Of a stretch of 64,000 nt of DNA, positions 7,955-18,082 are shown piece by piece. Position 1 is the stretch's first letter, and every line of letters starts with the position of its first letter. The notes under the pieces were generated by a model. The model worked only from the letters and a program-made list of their open reading frames with translations. It was not told where the DNA came from and did no database searches. Source of the stretch: Propionivibrio sp. (GTDB lineage Bacteria; Pseudomonadota; Gammaproteobacteria; Burkholderiales; Rhodocyclaceae); NCBI RefSeq assembly GCF_016705685.1, contig NZ_JADJLB010000003.1; one strand, given 5' to 3'. A program made the translations under genes and the position numbers.

Positions 7955-9871
7955 ATGCCGCAGCTGATCCTGTCCGATGCGTCACTGGCCTATGGTCACG
8001 TACCCCTTCTCGACCACGCCGATTTCCAACTTGATCCGGGCGAACGCGTCGCTGTGATCGGGCGCAACGGCACCGGCAAATCATCGCTGCTGCGGGCGCT
8101 GGCCGGGCAGGGTGCGCTCGACGACGGAACGGTGTGGCGGCAACCCGGTATGCGTTTGGGTTATGTGCCGCAGGAGCCGCCCTTTGATTCCGAACTCACG
8201 GTGTTTGAAGCGGTGGTGGCGGGGATGGGCGAGGTTTCGGCGCTGCTGGCCGAATATCACGCCGTGTCGTTGGCGATGGCCGATGATTCGGCTGATCACG
8301 ATCTGTTGCTGGAGCGCATGAATCGCTTGCAGGGTGAGCTTGAGTCGCGCCATGCCTGGTCGTTTGAGACGCAGGCCGAGCGGGTGATCCAGCGCTTTTC
8401 GCTCGATCCCGATGCGCGTGTCGGCACGCTTTCCGGCGGGCAGAAGAAACGCTTGGCGCTGGCGCAGGCCTTGGCCGTTTCACCCGAACTGTTGTTGCTC
8501 GACGAGCCGACCAATCATCTGGATATCGGCGCCATCGAATGGCTGGAAGAAATGCTGGTTTCATCAAGTATATCGCTGGTTTTCATCACCCATGACCGGC
8601 GTTTTCTGGATCGCGTATCGACGCGGATCGTCGAACTCGATCGCGGTCGTCTGCTCTCTTGTCCGGGTAATTTCAGCGCCTACCAGACCAGAAAGGCGTC
8701 GATCCTGCACGACGAAGCCATTCAGAACGCCAAATTCGACAAGTTCCTGGCACAGGAAGAAGTCTGGATACGCAAAGGCGTCGAGGCGCGGCGCACGCGC
8801 AACGAGGGTCGCGTTTTGCGCCTCGAACAGTTGCGACGCGAGCGCGCCGCGCGGCGTGATCGACAGGGCAAGGTTGAACTGGCACTGGATGCGGGCGACA
8901 AAAGCGGCAAGCTGGTGGCCGAACTGGAAGGCGTGAGCAAAAGCTTCGGCAAGGGCAAGCAAACGCTGGCGGTGGTGCGCGATTTTTCCTGCCGCTTGCA
9001 GCGCGGCGACAAGATCGGGCTGATCGGGCCCAATGGCGCCGGCAAGACGACCCTGCTGCGTCTGATTCTCGGCGAGCTAGCGCCGGATTCGGGCCGCGTT
9101 CATCTGGGCACCAAAATCCAGACGGCGTATTTCGATCAGTTCAGGACGCAGCTCGACGAAGAGGCGGCTTTGGTCGATGTCATTTCGCCGGGGTCGGACT
9201 ACGTTGAAATTGGCAACGAGAAGAAACATGTGATCGGCTATCTGGGCGATTTTCTCTTTCCACCGCAACGCGCGCGCTCACCGGTGAAATCGCTGTCCGG
9301 CGGCGAGCGCAACCGGCTGTTGTTGGCTCGTCTGTTTGCCCGTCCGGCCAACGTGTTGGTGCTTGACGAACCGACCAATGACCTCGACATTGAAACGCTC
9401 GAACTGCTCGAACAGTTGCTGCAGGACTATGCGGGAACGCTGTTCCTGGTCAGTCATGACCGGGCGTTCATCGACAACGTCGTGACGCAAACCATCGCGT
9501 ATGAAGGCGACGGTACGTGGCGCGAGTATGCCGGCGGCTATCAGGACTGGGCGGACTTCCAGGCCAGGCGGCGCGCCGAAGAATCCGTTCAGCAACGGGT
9601 GAAACACGATGCGCCCGTGGCCGCACAAGCTCCCAGGAGCAAAGCGGACGGCAGCCGCAAACACAGCTATAAGGAGTCGCGCGAATTGGCGGAGCTACCC
9701 GGGCGTATCGCCGCGCTTGAGCAGGAGCAGAGCGTGATCAACCAGCGCCTGGAAGACGCGACGATCTATCGGACCGACCCGCAGGAAGCACAGCGCATTT
9801 CATTGCGGCTGACCCAGATCGACGATGAGTTGATGCATTTGCTGGAGCGCTGGGAAGCGCTGGAACAGTGA
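7955..9871 (+). CDS. uup: ABC-F family ATPase Uup
   Basis: Two ABC cassettes (GRNGTGKSS ... LSGGQKKRLALAQAL ... LLLDEPTNHLD; GPNGAGKTT ... LSGGERNRLLLARL ... LVLDEPTNDLD) and a coiled-coil C-terminus. The likely true start is MPQLILSDASLAYG at 7955, not the ORF-track start at 7835. Confidence 0.9.
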   Translation: MPQLILSDASLAYGHVPLLDHADFQLDPGERVAVIGRNGTGKSSLLRALAGQGALDDGTVWRQPGMRLGYVPQEPPFDSELTVFEAVVAGMGEVSALLAEYHAVSLAMADDSADHDLLLERMNRLQGELESRHAWSFETQAERVIQRFSLDPDARVGTLSGGQKKRLALAQALAVSPELLLLDEPTNHLDIGAIEWLEEMLVSSSISLVFITHDRRFLDRVSTRIVELDRGRLLSCPGNFSAYQTRKASILHDEAIQNAKFDKFLAQEEVWIRKGVEARRTRNEGRVLRLEQLRRERAARRDRQGKVELALDAGDKSGKLVAELEGVSKSFGKGKQTLAVVRDFSCRLQRGDKIGLIGPNGAGKTTLLRLILGELAPDSGRVHLGTKIQTAYFDQFRTQLDEEAALVDVISPGSDYVEIGNEKKHVIGYLGDFLFPPQRARSPVKSLSGGERNRLLLARLFARPANVLVLDEPTNDLDIETLELLEQLLQDYAGTLFLVSHDRAFIDNVVTQTIAYEGDGTWREYAGGYQDWADFQARRRAEESVQQRVKHDAPVAAQAPRSKADGSRKHSYKESRELAELPGRIAALEQEQSVINQRLEDATIYRTDPQEAQRISLRLTQIDDELMHLLERWEALEQ

Positions 9872-9893
9872 GGTTGTTTTGTTGGCGGCTGGC

Positions 9894-10790
9894 TCAGATT
9901 CCGGAAGCCTTTCTGATCGCCTCGCGGATTTGCGGGAGCGCTGCCTGAGCGGCCTTTTCGCCTTCGAGAATTGCGTCGTAGCGTGCCTGGAAATCGGTCG
10001 ATCCGACGTTGCCAACCTGCGGGCGAATGACGACGTCGGCCTCTTTGAGTTCGTATCGGGCGAGGTTCTGCCCCATGATCGTGAAGGTTTGCAGAAGGAT
10101 GTCGAGGGTGCCGCGTACGGCCTGGTTGCCGGGGCGCGCCGAGATGTCGACGGCGATGACCACGTCGGCACCCATCGAACGCGCACTGCGTACCGGGACC
10201 AGACTGGACAGGCCCCCGTCGACGTATTCGTGCCCATTGATGCTAACGGGTTTGAAAACTCCGGGGACGGTCGCCGAGGCGCGTACGGCCATGCCGGTAT
10301 TGCCGCTGCGGAAGAGAATGCTTTCACCACTGTTCAGATCGGTCGCGACGACAGCGAAGGGCTTTTTCAGAGCTTCGATCGGCCGCTGGGCTACGGCGTC
10401 GTTGACGAATAGCTGGAGCGCTTCGCCCTTGAGCACGCCGCGATCGGGAACAGACCAGTCGCTGATCTTCGACTCATCCAGCTTGTGGGCCAGCTTTTGC
10501 AGCTCGAAACCATTGTTTCCCGAGGCGTAAAGCGCGCCGACCACGGCGCCGGCACTGGTGCCGACGATGACGTCGGGGACAATACCCTGGGCTTCGAGAA
10601 CTTTGATCACGCCGATGTGGGCGAATCCGCGTGCCGCCCCACCGCCCAGCGCAAGGCCGATTTTGACCGGCTTCGGCGCCATCGGCTGTGGTGCCGTTGG
10701 TCTGGTCGCACAGCCCGATAGGGCCAAGGCCAGCAGGGTGACGAAACGGGCGAGGATGGCGACGGGGCAGGGTAAGTGGCATTTGCGCAT
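9894..10790 (-). CDS. patatin-like phospholipase (RssA-type), probable lipoprotein
   Basis: GLALGGGAARGFAHIGV (oxyanion GGGxRG), VGTSAGAVVGALYA (GxSxG), DGGL (catalytic Asp). The internal start MRKCHLPCPVAILARFVTLLALALSGCATRP gives a lipobox. The ORF-track start at 10934 would overlap the upstream gene. Confidence 0.85.
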   Translation of the reverse strand: MRKCHLPCPVAILARFVTLLALALSGCATRPTAPQPMAPKPVKIGLALGGGAARGFAHIGVIKVLEAQGIVPDVIVGTSAGAVVGALYASGNNGFELQKLAHKLDESKISDWSVPDRGVLKGEALQLFVNDAVAQRPIEALKKPFAVVATDLNSGESILFRSGNTGMAVRASATVPGVFKPVSINGHEYVDGGLSSLVPVRSARSMGADVVIAVDISARPGNQAVRGTLDILLQTFTIMGQNLARYELKEADVVIRPQVGNVGSTDFQARYDAILEGEKAAQAALPQIREAIRKASGI

Positions 10791-10855
10791 GCGATTCTCT
10801 CTGAATGAGGCCGGATTGTAACGTGCCTGCTTGTGGATACGAGTGCGTATCGCGT

Positions 10856-11755
10856 TCAGAAATGCTGCTGCCAGATCCAGGACAGGGCAGCAAGTGAACC
10901 AAAGAATACCGAGAGGTGGAATAAAGACCACCACAGATAGCGTCGGGAAATCTTGTCCGGACCGATGTTTGAGAGCAGGTACAGTTGACCGTTGGTCGGG
11001 CAGCGCAGGGTGTGCACATCGGCCTCGTTGCGCACTTCACGGTGCGATTTTTCGACTTCGCGGCGCGCTGCCTGCCGCGCCAGCGCCCATTCGGTCATGC
11101 TGATGCTACCATCCCCGTCAAGATCGAAGCGTCTGAGCAGGCTCGGCTGGTCTTTCTTCCATTCGGCAAGCAGGCTATTGATATCGCGATGGGCATTCAG
11201 TTCGAGCCGGCTTCCGCCCAGGGTGATGAATTCACCCAAGGCGTAAACCCCGTCGTCGATCAAGAGCTTCCATTCGGTATTGCGGTAACGGCCATTTGTC
11301 CAGGTTTCCTTGTGACGGGTCAGAATTTCGGCATTTTCCACATCGACCACACAGCGACCGCTACCGTCATCAAGGATGAATGAGACTTCGCTCTCTCCGC
11401 TGCTGACGGTTTTCCATTCGTCATTTCCTGATTTTTCCTCGACGCGGTAGCGATACCATAGGCACGGCAGCGACGTCAGGTGCGACAGCAAGGGCGGATA
11501 GTCGAGTGGCTTGCCTTGACCGCTCAGTTCGACATAGCCCTGGGCCGCCGAGGCGATACGCGACGTTGGCGTGTCGGCAACGGTGCGCCGCCGTTGCAGC
11601 GTGGAAACCCAGGCGATCAGGCTGACGAGGGACATCAACGCGACACACGTCAGCCAGGCGCCGCGCGTTTCGAGTTCTGCGCCGATGGCCAGCAGCAGCA
11701 GTTGCGCGCCCGACGTGATGAACTGGCCGTACTCTCGCCGGATGCTGACGATCAT
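10856..11755 (-). CDS. membrane protein with GIDE-like domain and a canonical EF-hand
   Basis: 299 aa. Two N-terminal TM helices and one C-terminal TM helix. The central region (GYVELSGQGKPL...LPCLWYRYRVEEK...VSFILDDGSGRCVVDVENAEI) resembles the bacterial GIDE-type proteins that accompany LemA. The EF-hand loop DLDGDGSISMTE fits D-x-D-x-D-G-x-I-x-x-x-E. Confidence 0.7.
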   Translation of the reverse strand: MIVSIRREYGQFITSGAQLLLLAIGAELETRGAWLTCVALMSLVSLIAWVSTLQRRRTVADTPTSRIASAAQGYVELSGQGKPLDYPPLLSHLTSLPCLWYRYRVEEKSGNDEWKTVSSGESEVSFILDDGSGRCVVDVENAEILTRHKETWTNGRYRNTEWKLLIDDGVYALGEFITLGGSRLELNAHRDINSLLAEWKKDQPSLLRRFDLDGDGSISMTEWALARQAARREVEKSHREVRNEADVHTLRCPTNGQLYLLSNIGPDKISRRYLWWSLFHLSVFFGSLAALSWIWQQHF

Positions 11756-11796
11756 GAGGCGAATGAGCTACTTGCGGAGCTGGGTTGGTGTGGCGA

Positions 11797-12369
11797 TCAA
11801 CTGAAAAGTTGCTTCATATCGACATCGGCCTTTTCGACCGTCGAGAATTCCAACAGAGCTTTGCTCTCGAAACTGAACAGGCGGGCAATCACGGCGTCGG
11901 GGAATTGCTCGACGCGCACGTTGTTGATGTTGACGGCATCGTTATAAAGTTCGCGCCGGTCGGCGATGGCGTTTTCCAGGCTGGTAATGCGTTGCTGAAG
12001 CTGCATGAAATTTTCGTTGGCCTTGAGCTCGGGATAGGCTTCGGCGATGGCAAAAACCTGACCAATTCCTCTGCGCAGCATGCCTTCGGCTTCACCAAGC
12101 GCGCCGATATTCTGCGTTTCACGCGCCGTCTGCACACGCGAACGGGCCTCGATCACGCGTTGCAGGGTATCCTGTTCGAACTGCTTGTATTGCTTGCACA
12201 CCTCGACCAGTTTGGGCAGTTCATCGTGACGCTGCTTGAGCAGCACGTCGATGTTGGCCCAGGCTTTGGCGACCCCATGTTTGAGCGCAACCAGTCCGTT
12301 GTAGAGCATGATTCCATAGAGTGCGACGACGGCGACAGCGCCAAAAAACAAGATGCTCCCGATGGCCAT
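11797..12369 (-). CDS. lemA: LemA family protein
   Basis: 190 aa. One N-terminal TM helix, then YNGLVALKHGVAKAWANIDVLLKQRHDELPKLVE...ENAIADRRELYNDAVNINN, typical of LemA. Confidence 0.9.
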   Translation of the reverse strand: MAIGSILFFGAVAVVALYGIMLYNGLVALKHGVAKAWANIDVLLKQRHDELPKLVEVCKQYKQFEQDTLQRVIEARSRVQTARETQNIGALGEAEGMLRRGIGQVFAIAEAYPELKANENFMQLQQRITSLENAIADRRELYNDAVNINNVRVEQFPDAVIARLFSFESKALLEFSTVEKADVDMKQLFS

Positions 12370-12419
12370 ATGGCTCTCCTTGAAAAATCCGGTGAATAAA
12401 GCAACAAGGTCGCCGTGTC

Positions 12420-13310
12420 TTATTGCGCGTGCTTGACTGACAGTACATCGCCATGAATTCTGGGTGGACAGGCGGCCAGCATCTCTGAAAATTCCGTTGG
12501 TATTTCAAGTCGTTCAAGCAGCGATTCACGCCGGCAATGCAAAAGTTTTTCGATGGCGCTCAAGTCGTCAGGCAGCGCCTGGTCTTGCCAGCCGTGGGCC
12601 GAGTGGCGGGCCAGATCGACCGCCAGGATCACGTTCTGCACGCGCGGCAGGTGGGCATTGGCGTCATCGATCAGGGTGTTGAGCAGTTCGGGCAAGTGCC
12701 AGGCGCTGCATAGCGCCATCTGCAAATCCGCGAGACGAAGTCCAAGAACTTTCTCCTGGGCGGCCGAGCTGCGCAGGGTCTGGTCGGCAAGCTGCAGGTC
12801 GCGGATTTCGATGGCCAGAGCCGGCGCAAAACACCACAGCAGAATTTCGGCGAGATCGTGCAACAGAGCGGCCAAGGCGACCTCTTCAATGTTCATGTCG
12901 TGCCGATCAAAGGCCCAGTCGTGCGCATAACGCGAGGCCCGTTGCGCACGGCGGATGACCTGCAATACGCCGAGCAACGCCTGCGGTTCGTTCTTGAGCC
13001 GGGCTTCGATAGTGACGGATACTTCGAATTTCTTGAAGAAAGGTTCGATGCCGAGCATCATGACCGCGTTGGCGATTGTTGTGATGTCGGAACGAAGGTG
13101 CTTGCCGTGGAAGGTCTGAATGTAAGCCAGAACGCGGACGGCCATCAGGGGATCGAGCAATACGATATTGGCAATATCGCGGCCACTGACCTTGTCGATT
13201 TGTTGACGCGCCTCATCCAGCCGGCGCGCTGTTTGACGCAAAATCGGCAGTTCAGCGTTACTGAAAAAACTCACCCACGATTCGAGGTCCAGCAGCGGCT
13301 TTTTGAGCAT
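12420..13310 (-). CDS. HDOD domain signalling protein
   Basis: 296 aa with DPLMAVRVLAYIQ...ANAVMMLGIEPF...ALLHDLAEILL, the HDOD pattern. Confidence 0.8.
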   Translation of the reverse strand: MLKKPLLDLESWVSFFSNAELPILRQTARRLDEARQQIDKVSGRDIANIVLLDPLMAVRVLAYIQTFHGKHLRSDITTIANAVMMLGIEPFFKKFEVSVTIEARLKNEPQALLGVLQVIRRAQRASRYAHDWAFDRHDMNIEEVALAALLHDLAEILLWCFAPALAIEIRDLQLADQTLRSSAAQEKVLGLRLADLQMALCSAWHLPELLNTLIDDANAHLPRVQNVILAVDLARHSAHGWQDQALPDDLSAIEKLLHCRRESLLERLEIPTEFSEMLAACPPRIHGDVLSVKHAQ

Positions 13311-13461
13311 CGGCGTTTACCTGCATTTGTGCACGAATTAAACACGCTAACTACTTGATTATTTTTTTATCTGTATTCAATTCTTGGCCATGTTACTCGC
13401 CGCGGCCGCGCTCTGCAAGCTGAGTTTAGGGGGCAATTTTTTTGATACAATTCGAATGATT

Positions 13462-14076
13462 TCAGGATGTTGGTATTCCCGAAGCGGTGGCGAGCTTCTG
13501 TGCCAGTTCAACTGCCGTTCTGACGCCCATCTTGTCGAAAACACTGGAGCGGTGAACTTCAACGGTACGCATGCTGATCTGCAAATCGCTGGCGATGACC
13601 TTGTTGAGCTTGCCGGCGAGAATCAGCGCCATGACTTGCCGCTCACGCGTTGTCAGCAGGCTGATTCGCGAGTTGATCGAATCGGCGGACGCGGCGGCTT
13701 CGCTCCGGGCCTTGTCCGTTTTCAAGGCTTCGACTACGCGATCGACGAGCTCGTTGTCATTGCAGGGTTTTTCGACAAAGTCGAAAGCGCCGTTTTTCAG
13801 GGTTGACACGGCCATCGGTACATCGCCATGCCCGGTAAGAAAGATAACCGGTATGTTGCAACCCATTTCGAGAAGTCGTTCGAACAACTCGGTGCCGCTC
13901 ATTTTGTCCATGCGAATGTCGAGCAGAATGCAGCCGGTAAGCGCGGGTGTCCAGGCTTCAAGAAACGCTTCTGCCGACGAAAAAGTGAGATTGTCAACGC
14001 CACGCGATTGCAAGAGCCAGCTCAGTGAGTCGCGAATGGCTTCATCATCATCAACGATATAGGCATATTGAGTCAT
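13462..14076 (-). CDS. dctR: FixJ/LuxR-family response regulator (DctR-like)
   Basis: REC domain (YIVDDDEAIRDSL...ILLDIRMDKMSG) plus LuxR HTH (LTTRERQVMALILAGKLNKVIASDLQISMRTVEVHR). The start MTQYAY at 14076 forms an ATGA overlap with the kinase stop. Lies next to dctPQM, as in Rhodobacter dctSR. Confidence 0.8.
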   Translation of the reverse strand: MTQYAYIVDDDEAIRDSLSWLLQSRGVDNLTFSSAEAFLEAWTPALTGCILLDIRMDKMSGTELFERLLEMGCNIPVIFLTGHGDVPMAVSTLKNGAFDFVEKPCNDNELVDRVVEALKTDKARSEAAASADSINSRISLLTTRERQVMALILAGKLNKVIASDLQISMRTVEVHRSSVFDKMGVRTAVELAQKLATASGIPTS

Positions 14077-16073
14077 GGTGTCGTAATCGGGAGTGAAATG
14101 ACAAAGATGGTGCCGCCTTCCGGGTTGTCTTCTACCCATAGGCGGCCGCGATGAAATTCGATAATTGAACGGCAGATGTTAAGCCCTATGCCCATGCCTT
14201 CGGACTTCGTCGAGAAAAAGGGGGTGAACAGCTTCTTCTGGATGTCCGGAGAGATGCCCGGGCCGCGATCGATCACGCGGATCTGCATGTGGTCGCCGAT
14301 CTGGTAAAGCTTGACCGTCAAACGGCGATTTTCCACGTCCGCATTGTTCATGGCTTCGATTCCGTTGCGCATCAGATTGAGCAGCACCTGTTCGATCATG
14401 ACCTGATCGGCCATCAGTTCAGGGCGCATACCCTGGATTTCGCGCACGATACGAACGTTGAGGAGCTTGGCGGCGGCGTCGATAAAACCAATGCTATCGT
14501 CGATAACTTCGGCCAGATCGCAGGGCGCAAGCTTGGGTTCGCTCTTGCGGACAAAATCATGAACGCGCCGGATGATACGGCCCGCGCGTTGCGCCTGAAC
14601 ACCGAGTTTGCCCAGGGCATGCTTGAATTCTTCAGAGTTGAACTGGCCCGATTCGAGCTTGTTCAGGCAGCCGGCGTTATAACTGGTAATGGCAGCAAGC
14701 GGTTGATTGAGCTCGTGTGCCAGTGTCGAAGCCATTTCGCCCATGGTGATCAATCGCGAGGTGAATTGCAGCTTTTCCTGTTGTTGACGCGCGAGTTCCT
14801 CAGCGTGCTTGCGGGCAGTGACGTCGATGATCGAAGCCATCCACCCGGTTTGCCGGCCATCGGCATTAATCAGCGGGGCTTCGTAGATCAGCGCATCGAA
14901 ACGGCTGCCGTCCTTGCGCATCAGACGCACTTCGAATCCTTCAAGTGGCACCTTGCCTTCGATGATGGAATTGTGAATCGCCTGGATTCGTTCAATATCT
15001 TCAGGTGCCCAGTAGGGCATCGGTGGTTTGGCGTTGATCAGTTCCTCGGCAGTGAAGCCGACCATCTGGCAAAAAGCCGGATTGGTATAGGTGACGCAGC
15101 CTTCAAGATCGCGGGCGCGCATGCCGACAGTCAAGGAATCTTCCATAGCTTTTCGGAATGCATATTCCGAGCGTAAAGCCTGTTCGGCGGCAAGACGGCG
15201 CTGAATATGCCCGCGCATGACCCACAGGCTCGCCAGCACGGCGGCGGCGAGCGCAATGATCAGCGTAGTGATCAGCGTCTGGGCGATATTGCCGGCGCTG
15301 CGATACGCGGTGACCTGGAAAGTCATCCCGTAGCCCGGCGGGTCGAAAGGAAGGGTATAACTCAGGGTCGTGGCGTCGTTGCTGACCTTGGATTTGCTGA
15401 CCAGGGTATTCCCGTTGGCATCGAGAATGCGCACCTGATACTTTTCGGTAAACCACCAGGGAACCAGTTGCTTCAATAAGGTGTTGAGCGAATACACGCC
15501 GACCAGCGAACCTCGGTATTGGCTGTTCTGGAAGATTGGAAAGAACACCTCAAACTGAGGTGAATCCGAGAGTTGATAGGCTTCAGTGTAAACCGGCTTG
15601 CCGAGTTTGCTCGCCCGTTCAATCGCCTGCGTCTGAGTCTCCTCGCCCAGGCCGGCATAACCCAGGCGAGGGAGATTCTTGGTTGGCAGCGCATCCAGCA
15701 TCCGTGTTGCGGCGTCAAGCCAAAGCAATTGCTGGAGTTCTGGATTGTTTTTCAGGAGGTGCTGGCTGCGCAGCCTGAAAAGTGCATCTTTGTTCTTTTC
15801 CGGAGTCAGCGCCAGATCAAGCGCCAGTTGCTGAAACTGTTCCGCGTTTCCTTCCAGGTGAAAATTGACGCTTTGTTCCAGCCAGAGCACATCGGCAATC
15901 AATGTCGAGCGCTGTTCGTTCGCTGCATTCTGGCGAAGCAGCCAGAACAGGACGATGAGCAGAGTGAGCAACAGGGCCACGGCCAGCTTGAGTGTGGTCA
16001 GATACCAGTTTGACCACTTCATCTGCGCTGGTGTGCGTCGCTGAGTGAAACCGGGTGCGGGAACCTCTGCCAT
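14073..16073 (-). CDS. dctS: sensor histidine kinase (periplasmic sensor, PAS, HisKA, HATPase; DctS-like)
   Basis: 666 aa. TM helix, ~220 aa periplasmic domain, TM helix, PAS, H-box MASTLAHELNQPLAAI, N-box LLNLMRNGIEAM, G-boxes DRGPGI / GMGIGL. The exact start is uncertain (16073 or the Met 17 codons downstream). Confidence 0.8.
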   Translation of the reverse strand: MAEVPAPGFTQRRTPAQMKWSNWYLTTLKLAVALLLTLLIVLFWLLRQNAANEQRSTLIADVLWLEQSVNFHLEGNAEQFQQLALDLALTPEKNKDALFRLRSQHLLKNNPELQQLLWLDAATRMLDALPTKNLPRLGYAGLGEETQTQAIERASKLGKPVYTEAYQLSDSPQFEVFFPIFQNSQYRGSLVGVYSLNTLLKQLVPWWFTEKYQVRILDANGNTLVSKSKVSNDATTLSYTLPFDPPGYGMTFQVTAYRSAGNIAQTLITTLIIALAAAVLASLWVMRGHIQRRLAAEQALRSEYAFRKAMEDSLTVGMRARDLEGCVTYTNPAFCQMVGFTAEELINAKPPMPYWAPEDIERIQAIHNSIIEGKVPLEGFEVRLMRKDGSRFDALIYEAPLINADGRQTGWMASIIDVTARKHAEELARQQQEKLQFTSRLITMGEMASTLAHELNQPLAAITSYNAGCLNKLESGQFNSEEFKHALGKLGVQAQRAGRIIRRVHDFVRKSEPKLAPCDLAEVIDDSIGFIDAAAKLLNVRIVREIQGMRPELMADQVMIEQVLLNLMRNGIEAMNNADVENRRLTVKLYQIGDHMQIRVIDRGPGISPDIQKKLFTPFFSTKSEGMGIGLNICRSIIEFHRGRLWVEDNPEGGTIFVISLPITTP

Positions 16074-16286
16074 GGTGGCCCATCTTACCCAAGTTACGTT
16101 TTTTCGGGGTGTCGGGATGTTTTACATAGGAAACTATTTTGCTTTCCAGTGTGATATATAACCTTCACTTGTGCGCAACGAGTTACGTGTTTTCCACAAT
16201 AGCCCAACGCCGTTCATTTTGTGATAGTGCCACCCGAGTGTCGGGCAACGCCCGTTTTCGTAACGTAGTCGATTGAGGAGATAACA

Positions 16287-17300
16287 ATGAAACCAGTAAA
16301 ACTGCTTGTCAGCCTGTTAGCTGTGGCCCTGTCTGCTTCGCCTATGGCGGCATCGGCTCAACAGCCGACGGTGATCAAATTCAGTCACGTAGTCGCCATC
16401 GATACGCCCAAAGGCAAAGCCGCCGAATTTTTCGCCAAACGTGCCGGCGAGCTGACCAAAGGCGCGGTGAAGGTCGAGGTCTACGCCAATTCGACCCTGT
16501 ACAAGGACAAGGAGGAAATGGAAGCGTTGCAACTGGGCGCCGTGCAGATGCTCGCGCCGTCGCTGGCCAAGTTCGGCCCCCTGGGTGTCAAGGAATTTGA
16601 AGCGTTTGATTTACCCTTCATTTTCGATAACACTGCCGAACTGCACAAAGTGACACAGGGTCCGCTCGGGGCAGCTTTGCTGTCAAAGCTTGAGCCCAAG
16701 GGCATCAAGGGCCTGGCCTTCTGGGACAATGGCTTCAAATCGTTTTCGGCCAACAAGCCCATCTACAAACCGGCTGATTTCAAAGGGCTCAAGATGAGAA
16801 TCCAGTCATCGAAGGTGCTCGAAGCCCAGATGCGTTCGATGGGCGCCATACCGCAGGTCATGGCGTTCTCCGAGGTTTATCAGGCGCTGCAGACCGGCGT
16901 GGTCGATGGTACCGAAAACCCGCATTCCAACCTGTATACGCAAAAGTTTTTTGAAGTGCAGAAGAACATGACGTTGACCGATCACGGCTACCTTGGTTAT
17001 GCGGTCATTACCAACAAGAAGTTCTGGGAGGGATTGCCCGCCGACGTGCGCGGTCAGATTGAGGTGGCGATGAAAGAAGCTACGGTGTACGCCAACAAGA
17101 TCGCACAGGAAGAAAACGACAATGCCCTGGCCAAGGTGAAAGCATCGGGCAAGACGGAGATCCATACGCCGAATGCTGCCGAACGTGCAGAATTCAAGAA
17201 GGCCATGTTCAAGACGCACGCCGAAATGGCCTCACGTATCGGCAAGGAAACCATCGATGCAATCTACAAGGAAACAAACTTCGATCCGGCAAAAATGTAA
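16287..17300 (+). CDS. dctP: TRAP transporter substrate-binding protein DctP
   Basis: 337 aa. Signal peptide ending SASPMAASA, DctP-family sequence throughout, GAGGAG RBS upstream. Confidence 0.9.
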   Translation: MKPVKLLVSLLAVALSASPMAASAQQPTVIKFSHVVAIDTPKGKAAEFFAKRAGELTKGAVKVEVYANSTLYKDKEEMEALQLGAVQMLAPSLAKFGPLGVKEFEAFDLPFIFDNTAELHKVTQGPLGAALLSKLEPKGIKGLAFWDNGFKSFSANKPIYKPADFKGLKMRIQSSKVLEAQMRSMGAIPQVMAFSEVYQALQTGVVDGTENPHSNLYTQKFFEVQKNMTLTDHGYLGYAVITNKKFWEGLPADVRGQIEVAMKEATVYANKIAQEENDNALAKVKASGKTEIHTPNAAERAEFKKAMFKTHAEMASRIGKETIDAIYKETNFDPAKM

Positions 17301-17368
17301 AAGTCATAATATAAGCGAAGCACGCTCACACTGCCGCGGTGGGCGTTCTTTAATCATGGGAAGGGGAA

Positions 17369-18082
17369 GTGGAATTCATGAAACTACTGAATCATCTTGA
17401 GGAATGGATCATTACTTTCCTCATGGGGACTGCGACATCGATCATTTTTCTCGCCGTACTCCATCGATACACGGCAGGTCTGCCAATCCCCGGTGTGCAG
17501 GACTGGCTGCTCAGCCTGAATTTTGGCTGGGCGCAGGAACTGTGCATCATCATGTTCGTCTGGATGGCCAAGTTCGGTGCGGCGTACGGCGTGCGTACCG
17601 GCATCCACGTCGGCGTAGATGTACTGATCAATCGGCTGGACGGGCAGTGGCGATCCAGATTCATCATCTTTGGGCTGCTTGCCGGCGCATTCTTTACGGG
17701 TATTGTCGGCTCGCTTGGCGCAAATTTTGTCTGGGAAAACGGCATGCATTACGCCTCCTTTCACCTGTTCGGCCTAAACACCGGCGATCTTCCAGAAGGG
17801 CCGACCACGCCTGATCTCGAGTGGCCGACCTGGATGGTCTACAGCGCCATTCCTCTGGGTTCCTCGCTGATGTGTTTCCGCTTTCTGCAAGTCGGCTGGA
17901 ACTTCATAAAAACCGGTGAGCTGCCGCACCATGATCATGGACATGTCGACGGAATCGAAGAAGTCGAGATTCCGGACGAAGTCAAGATTTTCGAAATGGA
18001 AGATAACCTGCATCCTCGTGACCAGACGTACGAGATGCGCCATCCTGATGATCACTCGGGCAACGGAGACAAGAAACCATGA
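17369..18082 (+). CDS. dctQ: TRAP transporter small permease DctQ with His/Asp-rich C-terminal tail
   Basis: Four hydrophobic helices. Sits between dctP and dctM and overlaps the dctM start (ATGA at 18079). Tail: GELPHHDHGHVDGIEE...HPDDHSGNGDKKP. Confidence 0.85.
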   Translation: MEFMKLLNHLEEWIITFLMGTATSIIFLAVLHRYTAGLPIPGVQDWLLSLNFGWAQELCIIMFVWMAKFGAAYGVRTGIHVGVDVLINRLDGQWRSRFIIFGLLAGAFFTGIVGSLGANFVWENGMHYASFHLFGLNTGDLPEGPTTPDLEWPTWMVYSAIPLGSSLMCFRFLQVGWNFIKTGELPHHDHGHVDGIEEVEIPDEVKIFEMEDNLHPRDQTYEMRHPDDHSGNGDKKP

